Assembly (NCBI RefSeq): GCF_009914755.1 | Contig: NC_060947.1 | Source: the human T2T-CHM13v2.0 reference genome, Homo sapiens | Length of the DNA: 64,000 nt | Direction: 5' to 3' (one strand) | Shown: piece by piece, positions 26,393 to 39,150 of the stretch | How the letters are laid out: every line of letters begins with the position of its first letter | How positions within the stretch are numbered: position 1 is the stretch's first letter | Translations under genes and position numbers: made by a program | Notes under the pieces: model-generated | What the model was told of the DNA's origin: nothing | Databases searched by the model: none | The model's input: the letters and a program-made list of their open reading frames with translations, nothing else

Positions 26393-26571
26393 CTAAAGTA
26401 CAAGTTATGATAAAGAAACTTACTAGAATAAAAGGTACCACAAAAAGAAAAATTTTGTTTGAGAAAATTTCTTCCATTAATGTGAAATGAATATAAAAAT
26501 GAAGATCAGGAATACTGAACCCCAAAATGAAAATATATCACTAGTTGCATGTATTAATACGTACATACATA

Positions 26572-26574
<3 letters not shown>

Positions 26575-26608
<34 letters not shown>
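26575..26608. repeat. (TG)n microsatellite; (CA)n in the pre-mRNA
   Basis: About 17 dinucleotide units. Confidence 0.97.
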
Positions 26609-26613
<5 letters not shown>

Positions 26614-27089
26614 AACAATCCTACAGAAGTCCTTCAATATTTCTCACCTACCAAATTGGGGAAGAGGGGGAGAGTGGTAAGTAAAATGTGCAATTTCATA
26701 TACTACTAGTTGGTAGTATACAAATAGGTACAGCTTTTCAAAAGAGTAATTAATAAATATAAAAAGCATGAAAAGATTAATACTCAATATTCCGATCTGG
26801 AAGAATGTCTATGAAACACTGAATGAGCAATGCAAGATGAACAGTATGTTTATGATCTCATCTTCCCATTCTAAAATACTACATACATACTTAACATCAA
26901 CATGTATTTGAATATGCATAAAAAAGCCTGGAAAGATCCGCACCGAAACTAGTAGCTATGGTAGGTAAGTGAGCATTCATTTTTACTTTATACACTTGAA
27001 TAACTGAGTATAAGATACACAATCATTGACTACAGTTTATAAAATGTATTAAGGCTCCATCAGTGATAAAATACTATTTACATTTTGAA

Positions 27090-27270
27090 ATCACTGCAGC
27101 CTCAAACTCCCAGGCTCAGATGATCCTCTCAACTCAGCCTCCCAAGTAGCCGGGACCACAGGTGCATGCCACCCCACCCGGCTAAGTTTTGTATTTTTCG
27201 TAAAGACAAGATTTTTGCCATGTTGCCCAGGCTGGCCTCGAACCCCTGGGCTCAAGTGATGTGCCAGCCT
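27090..27270 (-). mobile_element. Alu fragment (AluJ-like)
   Basis: tcactgcagcctcaaactcccaggctc...ttgcccaggctgg. Confidence 0.88.
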
Positions 27271-27761
27271 AACGGATGTTGTTGCCTACCCAACAACCTT
27301 TTTACCTCTCCTTTCTCTTCTCAAAATAGGTAAAGTTTTAAAAGGTCCCATTTTAGTCTCTCTCTCTCTACCAAGCATATTTCTAACACCTAGGATGTTA
27401 TCAGGCACTGCGGCAGTGAAAAAGACAATATCCTGATCCCATGGAGCTTGAATTTTAGTAGAAATAAGACAATAAGAAATACATAAGAAAATTACGTGAT
27501 GAAATAAAACAGATTAACACCACAGCTATAGCATCTGCTTTACCTGCCATCTCTACTCCAAAGAACTAGTACCTTTCTTTTCTTATTATCTTTGTGAAAA
27601 ACAAATTTGCAAATCACTTACATAGAAAAAAAATTTTTGTTGCTGAAAGTATATACTCAAGTTAATTGTGTACTTTGGAATTTATGAGGAAGAATGAAAA
27701 CTGGGGTGGGATGACAAAAAATCTCAAGCACAAAAATACTGACTTAATAACTGTTAATTAC

Positions 27762-27867
27762 CATCCATATCAGTTTCCATTTCCTCTCCTTCTTGTGTAG
27801 TATTGGGTCTCTGGATCTTTGGCTTGATCACAAACGGACATTCTTTTCGGCACAAATCTACTTCATG
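27762..27867 (-). CDS. HUWE1: HUWE1 coding exon 14, [10 protein letters not shown]...METDMD
   Basis: 106 nt, tag/gtaatt, phase 0-1. Confidence 0.96.
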
Positions 27868-28090
27868 CTACAATCAAGAGAAAGGTTATAAGAAAATCAA
27901 GTATATATATATATATATATTTTTTCAGGGATTAAAAACTATTATAATGGAAAAACACTGCAAGCAGATACACAGTTGATTTCTAGAAACAGAAGAGACT
28001 GTAAGATCGCTCTTTAGGGTTATCAGGACAATCCTTAGGTTCAGCTCTGAGTATTAAATTCTGTGCAAAGCATTCCTTGTATAATAATAC

Positions 28091-28231
28091 CTCAAGTCTA
28101 TAAATGAAGATAGAAAGTCCACTATGGGATTGAAAAGCTGCCATATCCAGGTTGGTGATAAGGTCAACCACTCTGACGGCTCTGGTGACAAATGTTATCT
28201 GGTCCTGTTCATCGCCAAGAAACTTTATGAC
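28091..28231 (-). CDS. HUWE1: HUWE1 coding exon 13, [10 protein letters not shown]...FIYRLE
   Basis: 141 nt, tag/gtatta. Confidence 0.96.
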
Positions 28232-28844
28232 CTATCACGGAGAAAAAGAGGCAAAAACAATGAACTATAAAGACACAAAGTTGTAAAAATTGCATGCTTT
28301 TGTATACATGTAGTCTGGGGCCTCAGTAAGGCAGCACAGTATGGGGGAAAACATGTGTTTTATTTTTGGTGCCTGCCAAATGACAGTTCTATGACTTCTG
28401 CGACTCAACCTCTGAGGTAATGGGGACATCAATTACTTTGCAGGATTAAGTAAGATATTTAGGGAGAAAAAAGCTGGTGCTCATTGCCCTGCACATAGTA
28501 AAGGCTATTACTACTACAACACAACTTACAAAGTACCCTGACATATATTTTCCCTATGGTTGTGTAAAGGCATGATAACATGTGGCAATGTTTTAACCAG
28601 AACCCATGACCTCCTGACCATTCTACACTATGATAAAAGTCTCAATAATGGAAGTAGCTGCTCTTAAACATTGTTAATTAGATAACTAGAAAGCCAAACT
28701 GGCCTTCTACTTAAGTATAACTTTTTCTGGATAAGCTTTCTTATATTATTTGCCCTCACTGTGAAACACCCCAAACTTGCATCTCTACACCCTTAGTTGA
28801 TTTCCCCATGTAGTTTAAAAAAAAAAAAAAAAAAAGTACAGCAC

Positions 28845-28972
28845 CTTCAATAAGGCTTCCATCATTCCACAGGAGACCAAGGCTTCACCACCAGCATCGT
28901 AGCTGGCCAGATGGTATAAAAAAGAGAAGAGAGCAGTGGCAAACTGGTGAGGGTATGGATCCATGGAAGGAT
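28845..28972 (-). CDS. HUWE1: HUWE1 coding exon 12, [11 protein letters not shown]...MEALLK
   Basis: 128 nt, tag/gtgctg. Confidence 0.95.
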
Positions 28973-29103
28973 CTACAAGGGAGGTGGGGAGAGGGAGAAC
29001 AAAAACAAGCTCAAAATTGCTGTTAAGCAGGCAGGATATTAAAAAGACAAAGGCAGAGGGCAAATGTTTCTTCTTGCCTAAGATAATCACCATCAAAACT
29101 TAC

Positions 29104-29254
29104 CAATCATGGCCTGGATACAGTTCCTTACAAGCACTGGCAAAAATCCATGGTAGGAGGCAGTTCCAGTACAGTCAATAATACTGCTGAGTTTGGGAGT
29201 TCTCTCCAAGTGGACAATTGATGTTAATGTTCGTAAAGAAGCTGCTTTAATCTC
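29104..29254 (-). CDS. HUWE1: HUWE1 coding exon 11, [10 protein letters not shown]...CIQAMI
   Basis: 151 nt, tag/gtaagt. Confidence 0.96.
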
Positions 29255-29511
29255 CTATTAAATTAGAAGGTAAACACATAATGTGTCAAATATAATAAGA
29301 TGACTGAACCAAGTTCCAGTTGCTAATATCCAAACTTTAAAATATAAGTCATTCTACTGGTAACTGCTTGAGGGGATGGAGGTCTGTTGAGAGCAACAAT
29401 GAAAATCTAGTATTTGTTAGTTTTGCAGTTTAATACCCAAAGAGGGAAGTACTGGGAGTTCTTTCTAACCCTCTGGGAAAAACCAAAAGGCAAACAAGTA
29501 TAAGCCTGATA

Positions 29512-29855
29512 TACAGAGAACATTAATGCAGGATCCCTGATTCAAAAATCTGAAATATTCCCAAATCCAAAACTTTGGGAATACCTGCATGCCAGAAGTG
29601 GAAAATTCCACACCTGATCTCATGTGACAGGTCACAGTTAAAATGCACAAAATTATTTGAAATATTGTATACAATTGCCTTAAGACTACGTATATAATGT
29701 GTATACGAAACATCAATGAATTTCGTGTTTAAACTTGGGTCCCATGCCCAAGATGTCTCATTATGTATATGCAAATATCCCCTCCCCCCCCAAAAAAGTC
29801 TCAAATCCAAAATACTTCTGGTCCCAAGTGTTACAGCTAAGGGTTACTCAACCTG
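29512..29855. mobile_element. Tigger4/MER46-type MITE
   Basis: Ends ggtcccaagtgttacagctaagggttactcaacctg+TA; ggaaaattccacacctgatctcatgtgacaggtc core. Confidence 0.82.
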
Positions 29856-29867
29856 TAAAATACTTAC

Positions 29868-29968
29868 CATAAGCTGCTTATCCGTTATCTGAAGGACATC
29901 TACCAACTCCTCTATCAAGCCATTATACAAGATACTGTTTGCTGATTCCTGCAAGGCATTGGAATACA
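29868..29968 (-). CDS. HUWE1: HUWE1 coding exon 10, VYSNALQES...TDKQLM
   Basis: 101 nt, cag/gtaagt, phase 1-0. Confidence 0.96.
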
Positions 29969-30504
29969 CTGCAAAAGGAGAAACAAACACTTTAGGCAAG
30001 AAGGCAGTGGTCAAGCCACTGCCCAATAACAAACTTTTTGGTATCTATAGGTTCTGGGGAAGAATTCCATTCCCAACCAGCAATGGAGGGCAGAATCATC
30101 ACCAAATTAAATTCTGAAGGACTGGATCAAATACAACTGATAATCTCTAAACAGACACTGAATTGACAGATTCCACTACTAAAGGTATTATTAGTCTTGA
30201 GAAAGAATTTTGGGGATGGAAATAGGAAAAGCTCTGAGTTAATTTTTCATAACATTACTACTTGATGTAACTCCACTATGCCTTCAATATAAGATTTCCA
30301 TTTTAGCCTCTTCCTATGCTTCTGCTTTTACTGTAAACACTTGTAAAGAACAGAATTTATGGACCATTGCAGAGTAAGTCAGAAATTTGTGTGACACTGT
30401 AGTAAAACTTCAGAATGTGTGTAATTCACATTCAATGAATTCCACGATGAGGTTAATACCGGACACAGTACCCTGAAGCATAAACTAATGGGATTTAGGC
30501 ATAT

Positions 30505-30870
30505 TCATTTAGTTTTCAACAAAGATTTCCTGAGCACCCACTAACATGCCAGAAATCATGCTAGATATGAGTACACATAAAAGAGCAAGAATTTCACGCC
30601 AAGAAACTCATAGTTTAAGAGAAGGCAAGTCATAACATAATGAACATCAATAATAACAGCAATGGTTACCATTTTATATCTTCTATGTGCTTGTTCTGTG
30701 CTAGATTGCTTTCTAGGTTTTCATTTAATCTTTAGACCAGCCTCTACGGTGAGTACCTCAATATTAAACGAATAAGCTGAGGCTGAGAGGATAAGTGTGG
30801 CTAATAATCTACAGAATCAGGGACAGAGTACAGGACTGATTACAAAACCACGTGTTTTCCATTTTACTGT
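30505..30870. mobile_element. L2 3' end plus MIR fragments
   Basis: tcaacaaagatttcctgagcacccact; ctgaggctgagagg MIR core. Confidence 0.55.
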
Positions 30871-31286
30871 GCCACAGTAAAAGAAGTTAAATGCACAGTA
30901 TTGACTACTGAATATTTTGTGACTTAATTCAAAATGATATCCCTGAAAGGATGAGAGAGGAGGAAGACACAATGGCAAGAGAAAGAGTAGGGGGACAGTG
31001 AACGATAGCTACAAGCATATCTATTAAAAAAAAAAAAAAGAGACGAATACCAAGAATAAACCCAGGTGACATGTCAATCAACATCATCATACCCTCTTTC
31101 TCGTCCAACATTAAGGAGCTCAAGGATAATGAATAAATACAGTGAACACTGGGAGGGGTGGAAGTATTTAAGTTGCTACCTAGGTAACTATAATAGGACT
31201 CATAGCAACAAAGATGAATGAAGTTCAAAGGAAATCAGGCCCAAACTGTCTAATACGGCCTGGTAATTAAAGTATTCTTCTCTTAC

Positions 31287-31386
31287 CTAATATAGATATT
31301 GCATGCAGTCTGGCCTGAACTGCCTGCAATCGCTTCCTGTGATTAGAAAAGCCATGGGCCAGTCGTATGTGTGTAAATAACAGCAT
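31287..31386 (-). CDS. HUWE1: HUWE1 coding exon 9, [13 protein letters not shown]...HAISIL
   Basis: 100 nt, cag/gtaaga, phase 0-1. Confidence 0.95.
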
Positions 31387-31765
31387 CTGTAGAGAGATAA
31401 GACATACATTTTAAAAACATCAATGAAAAAGGTGAATATTCTTTATGAGGGCTAACTCAAAAAACAACACAACTAAACGTTTTCTCCTTTGATATCCGAA
31501 GTGTTCAGAAAGCTACCACCACTTATTACCTGCTCACGGTGAGGTAGTTTATGTTTTCCTCAAACTCTCATAAGGCCTAGGAAGTTATTAAGTGTTAACC
31601 TCATAAAAGACAAGGAAACTAAGGCTCAGAGAAGCTAACAATTTGCCCATGGTCTGACTCCAAAGCTGACATTCTTTCTGCTATGCAATCTCCCACCCCA
31701 GTACATATCATTAATCTATTTAGATAACAACCACATCCTGTGGATGTTTTAAAGCCACATCATAC

Positions 31766-31834
31766 CTGCTTATCCTTAGGAATGCTGTACATTTTGGTAA
31801 GAGATTCCATGATTTCAGAAGGGCTTTCTGAAAT
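31766..31834 (-). CDS. HUWE1: HUWE1 coding exon 8, ISESPSEIMESLTKMYSIPKDKQ
   Basis: 69 nt, tag/gtatga; preceded by an 84-nt intron. Confidence 0.95.
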
Positions 31835-31918
31835 CTACATTAAAAAAAAAGATATAGTTAGGAACAAAAAGTGAACCAAACATTAAGAAACGAGCCAAGA
31901 GTCAAAGATTCCTCTTAC

Positions 31919-31966
31919 CTTGTCAAGTTGCTCTATGTGAATATAATGTAGTGTGTTACTAGTTGT
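31919..31966 (-). CDS. HUWE1: HUWE1 coding exon 7, TTSNTLHYIHIEQLDK
   Basis: 48 nt, tag/gtaaga. Confidence 0.94.
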
Positions 31967-32838
31967 CTAAAATTAAAAAAGACAAGAGAGCTGTAAGGAG
32001 TCACTGAACACTCTAGCTTCCCCTTCCATAGAGCTCCAAAGGGCTGTCTGAAAACCAAGATGTCACCTAATAGGCTGAAGCCTAAGTGAATGCTCTTAAA
32101 ATCAAGGTAAATTGAGAATCTTCCAAAACATCCATCTTATATGTAGAATATTCTTAGGAAAGCTCCTTTAAAACCAGTAGTATCAAACTATAATGCACAT
32201 AGCCAGGCACATTTCATATTCTTCTTTGTCCTTTTTTAACCCTCCACTGACTTAATATCCATAGCAGTATTAATAGCAAAGACCAAATTCATGAAAATAT
32301 TTTCTCTCTGAATATGTATTAGAGTTGCTTTCAAGGCAATTAAGCTAGAAAGATTATTTATTTATTGAATAGTATAGGTAGAAGAGAAATTGTATTTTCA
32401 CTAAGCTACTTCTAAACCAAACTCTTTAGTACCTCCTCAAACAATACAAAATGACCAGATAATTTAAGCAGGACACTATCCACAATACATAAAGACTTTT
32501 GCAGGCTTCCTAATTAGAGAAACCTGAGCCATCACCATCCAAACTACTATACTACATGTTGGAATTCTCAGAGACTGTGGGAAAAGCACATAGGTCATAG
32601 CAGTGCCTCATAATGGATGGGACTTGCATCTTTTGGCAGCTCCCAACATAAGACCCAACCCTATCAGAGTTGGGGATGCAATTAACACTCCTGAGGAGCT
32701 GCTAGGTATATTTATAGTTTGCGAGGGCAGCAGTGTAGCTCAAAACCATTTATTCATTTAACTGAGGAGTTCTAGAAGAGGCAATCCCAGTTACAGTAAA
32801 TTGTAGACTTTGTCAGAACAAATCTGAATCAGACTCAC

Positions 32839-32916
32839 CCTTTTCTCAATTTTGACCTCGGCCCCAGGATCTGCATAGAATTCAAAGTGTAGTGTAGTTG
32901 CACTGGGTGGATATTT
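32839..32916 (-). CDS. HUWE1: HUWE1 coding exon 6, [26 protein letters not shown]
   Basis: 78 nt, cag/gtgagt. Confidence 0.95.
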
Positions 32917-34587
32917 CTGTGTATAAAGCACATCAAAGAATCAGACATTGAGTTTCAACTGATTATAAACATTATCCCCCACATCTTCCCTCAAAGTCCT
33001 AGCCACTTGTTCAACTTATTGTGGCAGAAGAATAAGCAGTACATTCAGTACCTACAGTGCCTTTAACTGTTTGTCTTAGAGCAGAGCTCAGATAGGATGA
33101 GACTTTTCAAACAGAATCAAAAGGACAGAGCCCAGAGCTCCCAAACCTTCTGCATTTCATACTTATAAATTTCCAGTTTCCCTTTAAGAGATCAATTTTG
33201 ACTGTGGCTATTCCCAAGGGGGAAAAGAGGGGCAAGACTGCCAAGCAGTAATGAATAAGAATCCAAGAAAGGATGGAGAACAAATACCAGGGCCCAGAAA
33301 CCAGCTAAAGAATGGAAAAGAACATTCCTACGAAAAACCTTGTACCTATCATCAGCCTTCTGAAATATTTAATTCAAAGTATGCCTCATAGGCATATCTT
33401 CATAATTCTTCAAACACTTTCCTTCTATACCATTCTACACCACTTCTCATGGTATGTTTTCTGCACAGGTAGATACCAAGACAACATAAACCAGACCCTG
33501 ACAAAACATTCTCTTTAACTCTAGAAAAGCAACATGATGAACAAAATTAAGATGACAGCAGAATGCCCACTAAAATGTCTCACTGAAAGACACCACTTGC
33601 AGTGGTTGCCTCTGGAAAATTAAGAAGTTACCACTGCATACCTCTTTATACTCTGAATTTTTTAACATGTATATGTATTACTTCCTTTTAAAGTACACGT
33701 TAACCTTTATGTTGTCATAATTAGAATTCCAAACTCTGAATATACTTCAAGATTTATGTAGTTTTGATTATTAAACAGACAACACTCACCTACTGTATCA
33801 CCCAATATCTCTTCATAAAATAATCACTAAAGAAAAGTATGCCAGCTAACGTGGGAAAGTAACTTGATCTAATCTGTGGTTTTCTGAGACCAGAAAAGAG
33901 CCATTCTCTTTAGGAAAAAAAGGCTTGCTAAGATAAATACACTAAATTTCACTGCAGCCATTTGTGCTAAACACGACAAACTGACAAGACAAATCCCACG
34001 TGGAAAATATAGTTGCTTCCAGATGCAAAATAATTATTGAAAATCAAATTGTGTTTTGTAGCTCCACAGCAACATATCAAAGCAGAAAGGAGGATGGCCT
34101 GAGCTCATAACTTAAACATGGGTGAAAGGCAGAGAGATAAACAAGGAAAGCACATAAAACATTATAAGTTCTCAATAAACCTAATGGTAGAACTGCTCTC
34201 CAAGCAGCCATTCCTAAATCACACCACACTGTCCAGAGTTCTGATACAATAGTTCCAGTGTGAGAATGCAAGCGAACATACTTTCTGGGATTTAAAAAAA
34301 ATCACATTAAAATTAATTCAACAAATACAGCTACCTACTCAAGAACTGGGTATGAACACACACTCTATTTCTCAGATTTTTTTATCTACCACCAGCACAT
34401 CAAGAGCCCAAGCACTGCTAGACTGCTTCCTATAGACGTGGTTCAGCTATGTCTGAACTGATCTTAGGTTCCTCAAAGGTCTCGATGTGAAGGCGTCACT
34501 TCATATACCACAATTCATTGTAAAGTAAGGTTCACAGAGAGGCCACAGCTCTGTCAAAAGACACCCATATCCCAAAGAGTTACTTAC

Positions 34588-34650
34588 CATCATATGCAAG
34601 TCTCTGCAACATTCTGCAAGTCCAAAGCCATTCTCCTTTCCACCCCAGCT
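34588..34650 (-). CDS. HUWE1: HUWE1 coding exon 5, [21 protein letters not shown]
   Basis: 63 nt, aag/gtaagt. Confidence 0.95.
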
Positions 34651-34694
34651 CTTGAAAAAGGAAAAAGATAGTGTTAAGACAGTGCTTATGGTGA

Positions 34695-34742
34695 CTTTGC
34701 GCCACTGCACTCCAGCCTAGGCAACAGAGTGAGACCTTATCT
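34695..34742 (+). mobile_element. Short Alu 3' fragment close to an exon acceptor
   Basis: gcgccactgcactccagcctaggcaacagagtgagacc. Confidence 0.85.
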
Positions 34743-35674
34743 CTCTTTCTCTCTATGTATATACACATACATATATATATTTAAGAGTGTGTGGCTGCTT
34801 GGAACATAATGTTGAGAAGACATCCAATGTGAAAGTCAAACAAGAGGAAAAAACGAACAGAAATAAGAACTTAAGAATCAAGGCAAGATGGTCTGCCTAA
34901 AGGTGATTTCTTCAATGAGATCAATTTCACTGTTCAGTGAGGATGCTCCTAGGAAGAACTCAAGCAGCAACTGCCAGCCATTATATTCCATACCCCTGTA
35001 GTCACGTGTGCTGACAGGTCCCTCCTGTCCTATCAGGCCTTGCCTGAGGCTCTGCCTACTCACCTTCCGCACTAGGGAGGAAAGCACTAGGGAGGAAATC
35101 ATGCTTTCCAGTTCCTCTCTTTTTGACATGAGCTGAGTTACAAAGCAGATTCTACCTTATTTATTACTACTGTACTTTGCCACTCAAATCTAAAACCTCA
35201 TCAACAAGCTCCTGAGATAATGGGGGGAGTGGCTCAACTGGCTTCTAAATACAAAACTTCAGCCACATAGTCTCACTTACTAACTAGCCTGCATCTTAAC
35301 AGCCTTTAAAATATCACTTTAACATTAAGAGCATTAACGTATTTTTATTTTTAAATCATTCATAATTATTTTACATATATTACATAAAATATGTATTTAT
35401 ATATGTAAAAAATATATATCTCCCTGCCTCATGGGGCAAGGCATATAGTTCAGGCAAACAATTGACGAAGTGAAAGAAATGAGATATTATTTGAAACAAA
35501 TTTATTAATTTGTTATGTCAAACTGAAGAGATTTTTATATTACAAATATAAAACATTTCATATAAAAAGATATTTTGTATATTTTTAAAAAATTATAAAT
35601 ATGTAAATTATATAAATTTTATATAAAATTTATAAAAATAAAAATTATATATATGTAGCTATATATGAAGAGAG

Positions 35675-35970
35675 TGTGAGAGATAGACAAGGTCTCCCTC
35701 TGTTGCCTAGGCTGGAGTGGAGTGCAGTGGCACAATCACAACTCACCACAGCCTCAAATTCCTGGGGTCAAAGGATCCTCCTGCCTCAGCCTGCCACACA
35801 GCTAGGACTACAGGCATATGCTGCCACCACGCCAGGCTACATTTTAAAAATGTTTGTAGGAGCCTTGCCATGTTGCCCAGGCTGGTCTCAAATTCCTGGC
35901 CTCAAGTGATCCTTCTGCCTTGGCCTCCCAAAGTGCTGGGATTACAGCTGTGAGCCACCTTGCCCAGCCA
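35675..35970 (-). mobile_element. Alu (AluJ-like) next to an AT-rich low-complexity tract (35340-35665)
   Basis: Reverse dimer. Confidence 0.9.
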
Positions 35971-36786
35971 AGCATTATCATATTTTTAAGTCTGGCATGA
36001 TTGAAGCACAAAATGCTACTTATATTCTATGTCTTCATTTTATTCCTGTCTAGTGTGGGTCCCAATCACCTCGGATCTGGGCTGCCACCATGAACTAACA
36101 TGGCTCTCTCTCTACATCTAAGTGTTTCCTCTTTGTTAAATGCTATTATATCACTACTTGCCAAAGAAGTCTCAAAAACAAACAGTGTAAACCACTGAAG
36201 ATGCCAGTCACAAAGGTACATACTATAGAATGCTATTTCTAAACCTGTAAATAAATAAATGAATAAATAAAACATCATCTGACTATCCTGTGAGAAATAA
36301 GCTTTCTCAAACTACACTTGATCTACTGGCAGCATTTCTCAATCCAGGTATCATATATGAAACACAGAACATGGTGAATGATCATTTTATTCTCCAAATA
36401 ATGGTACATAACTAGCACCACCTTAGATGCACAAGAGAGAAGTCTCTTTGCTACATTAATAATGGATACCTTAGGGCATTAGGGCTTACTTCTCTAGTGA
36501 AAACCTAAGTGAGAAAGTCTGCCTGGACACAGATATGTATATCCCCCACTCCCAGCTGGTTAAAAACAGACTGTTCTACTAGGAATGCTGTCAGTGAAAA
36601 TGGCAGAATGGGGAACCCCATAAGCCCACACCTTCACAAAAACAGTGAATAAACTGACTGTCGGAATTCAAGTCTATCAGAACTCTAAAAAATAATCAGA
36701 AGTTTAAAACAACTAGGGAAGTTTAAGGCAATGAGACAAGAATCTGTAAAATACAAGGTTCGACATTCATTAAGATGTTTAACAGA

Positions 36787-37127
<341 letters not shown>

Positions 37128-38454
37128 TCACTGTAGCATTATTTACCACAGAAAAATACTGGAAATTACCTAAGTAAGAAGAAAACTGTGAAGTAAATTG
37201 AGATAACCATAGATGGCACAATTGACAGTACCTAAAATATTCACAGACAGAAGGTATAAAATCATACTGTAATGGAATCAATTTCTTCTTTCATGGCATT
37301 AGTCTCATTCTTGAAAATATCTTGCCACTTCAAGCAGCATACAACCATGCAGTTATACTTTCTTTCAATGCTTGTATAACTTCATGTTTTTAACATTTCA
37401 GCTTTTTATTACATCTTAATTTTACTTTGATGAGGTAGAATCTACCTTAATTGCCTCCCAAAGAGTAAGCCAGTTTTTACAACACCATCTTATTTGAATA
37501 ATCCATTCTTTTTCTGCTAATCTGAAATGCCATCTTAACCATAAATTCGATTCTTACACATTGGATCTGCTTCTGGAACCTACTGATTGGTCAATTCCAC
37601 TCTTAATTACCACACTATTTAAATTACTATAGCTTTATAAAATGGTTTAATACCTAATAAGTACTTCATTACATTTTCAATATTTTCTTGGCTCTTCCCA
37701 GGACATCTAGTGAAGACGAAGACACATGCAATTTGCTGAAAACCATAAAGTAAGGATGAGGGTATAAAGGCTTGATGCTACAGAGAACAGACAGGTAAGT
37801 CAAACCAAAAGTCTGAATCTGCAAGGCAGAATAAGCTTGAAAGGCTGTGTATCTACACAATTATTTTCCTTTTGTTTCTTCTGTTATTCCAACTAATTGT
37901 TTCAGAATACTTTTATTAGTGTCACCACAAAATCCTTCTTGCCAACTTTTGCAACTTGATAAAAAACAAGCACCTTTAATTAGAAAGTTTTGGTAAGCTG
38001 AGATCCTTAAAAAACCCTGCCAACTCAAACGTGACTCACGAAAGTCTGTGCTGTTGTTATATTTATGAACTAGTAACATTATATGAAATATAAAGAAATG
38101 TTTCTTGTGAAGAAATATTCATCAGATAAAGACTAAGAAAATATACCAAAATGAGTAGATACACAATTATGATAAATTTTGTTGCATACATAAAACACCA
38201 AGCACCTATTTTTATCAGGAAGACAAGTTTGTTTCGCTGCCAACAAAATCAACATATTAAATGTTAAGATTCTAGGGTACTTTTTAGTCAGTACTATTCA
38301 GAATAACACTAGTTCTTTGCCCTTATTATTATTAATTTATTATCTATTTATCTTGCTTTCTCAAGTACTAAGTAAGCTTGTTTTTATTTAAAAAAACGAA
38401 CATGACCATGCTCAAAGAATCCCCAAATGCCTAAGACAGGAAGAACAGATATTA

Positions 38455-38763
<309 letters not shown>

Positions 38764-38959
38764 TTACTGTAACATCCTAGCCCTTAAGTAGATAACCCAT
38801 AAATAACTATATTCATTATGCCACAGAGGCATATACAACACTACCTCACACTAGACAGGATTTGCTAAATATTCAGACATCAGGAAAAAGGCTTGATGCT
38901 CTCTAAGATGGAATTATAAGAATTTGATAAAAGTTTGTAACTTAATAAAATAGACTAGG

Positions 38960-39150
38960 CCAGTGGTTCTCCCTGGACCAGCAGGTTAGTATTAATATTA
39001 CCTGGGAACTTTATAGCAATGCAAATTCTGAGGCCCACTCCAAGCCTAATGAATCAGCAACTCAGGAGTTAGGTGGGATGGAGGTGAGGAAGACTAATAT
39101 ATTTTTTAATAAAGTGATTCTGATGCATCCTCAAGTTTACTAGACCTAGA
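38960..39150. mobile_element. MER5A-like hAT element
   Basis: cagtggttctc...cctgggaactt...aatgcaaattctgaggccc...gtgattctgatgca. Confidence 0.75.

Noticed and set aside
34695-34742. Antisense Alu fragment as an alternative acceptor for coding exon 5
   Set aside because: The poly-U tract needed for Alu exonisation is replaced by purine-rich sequence.
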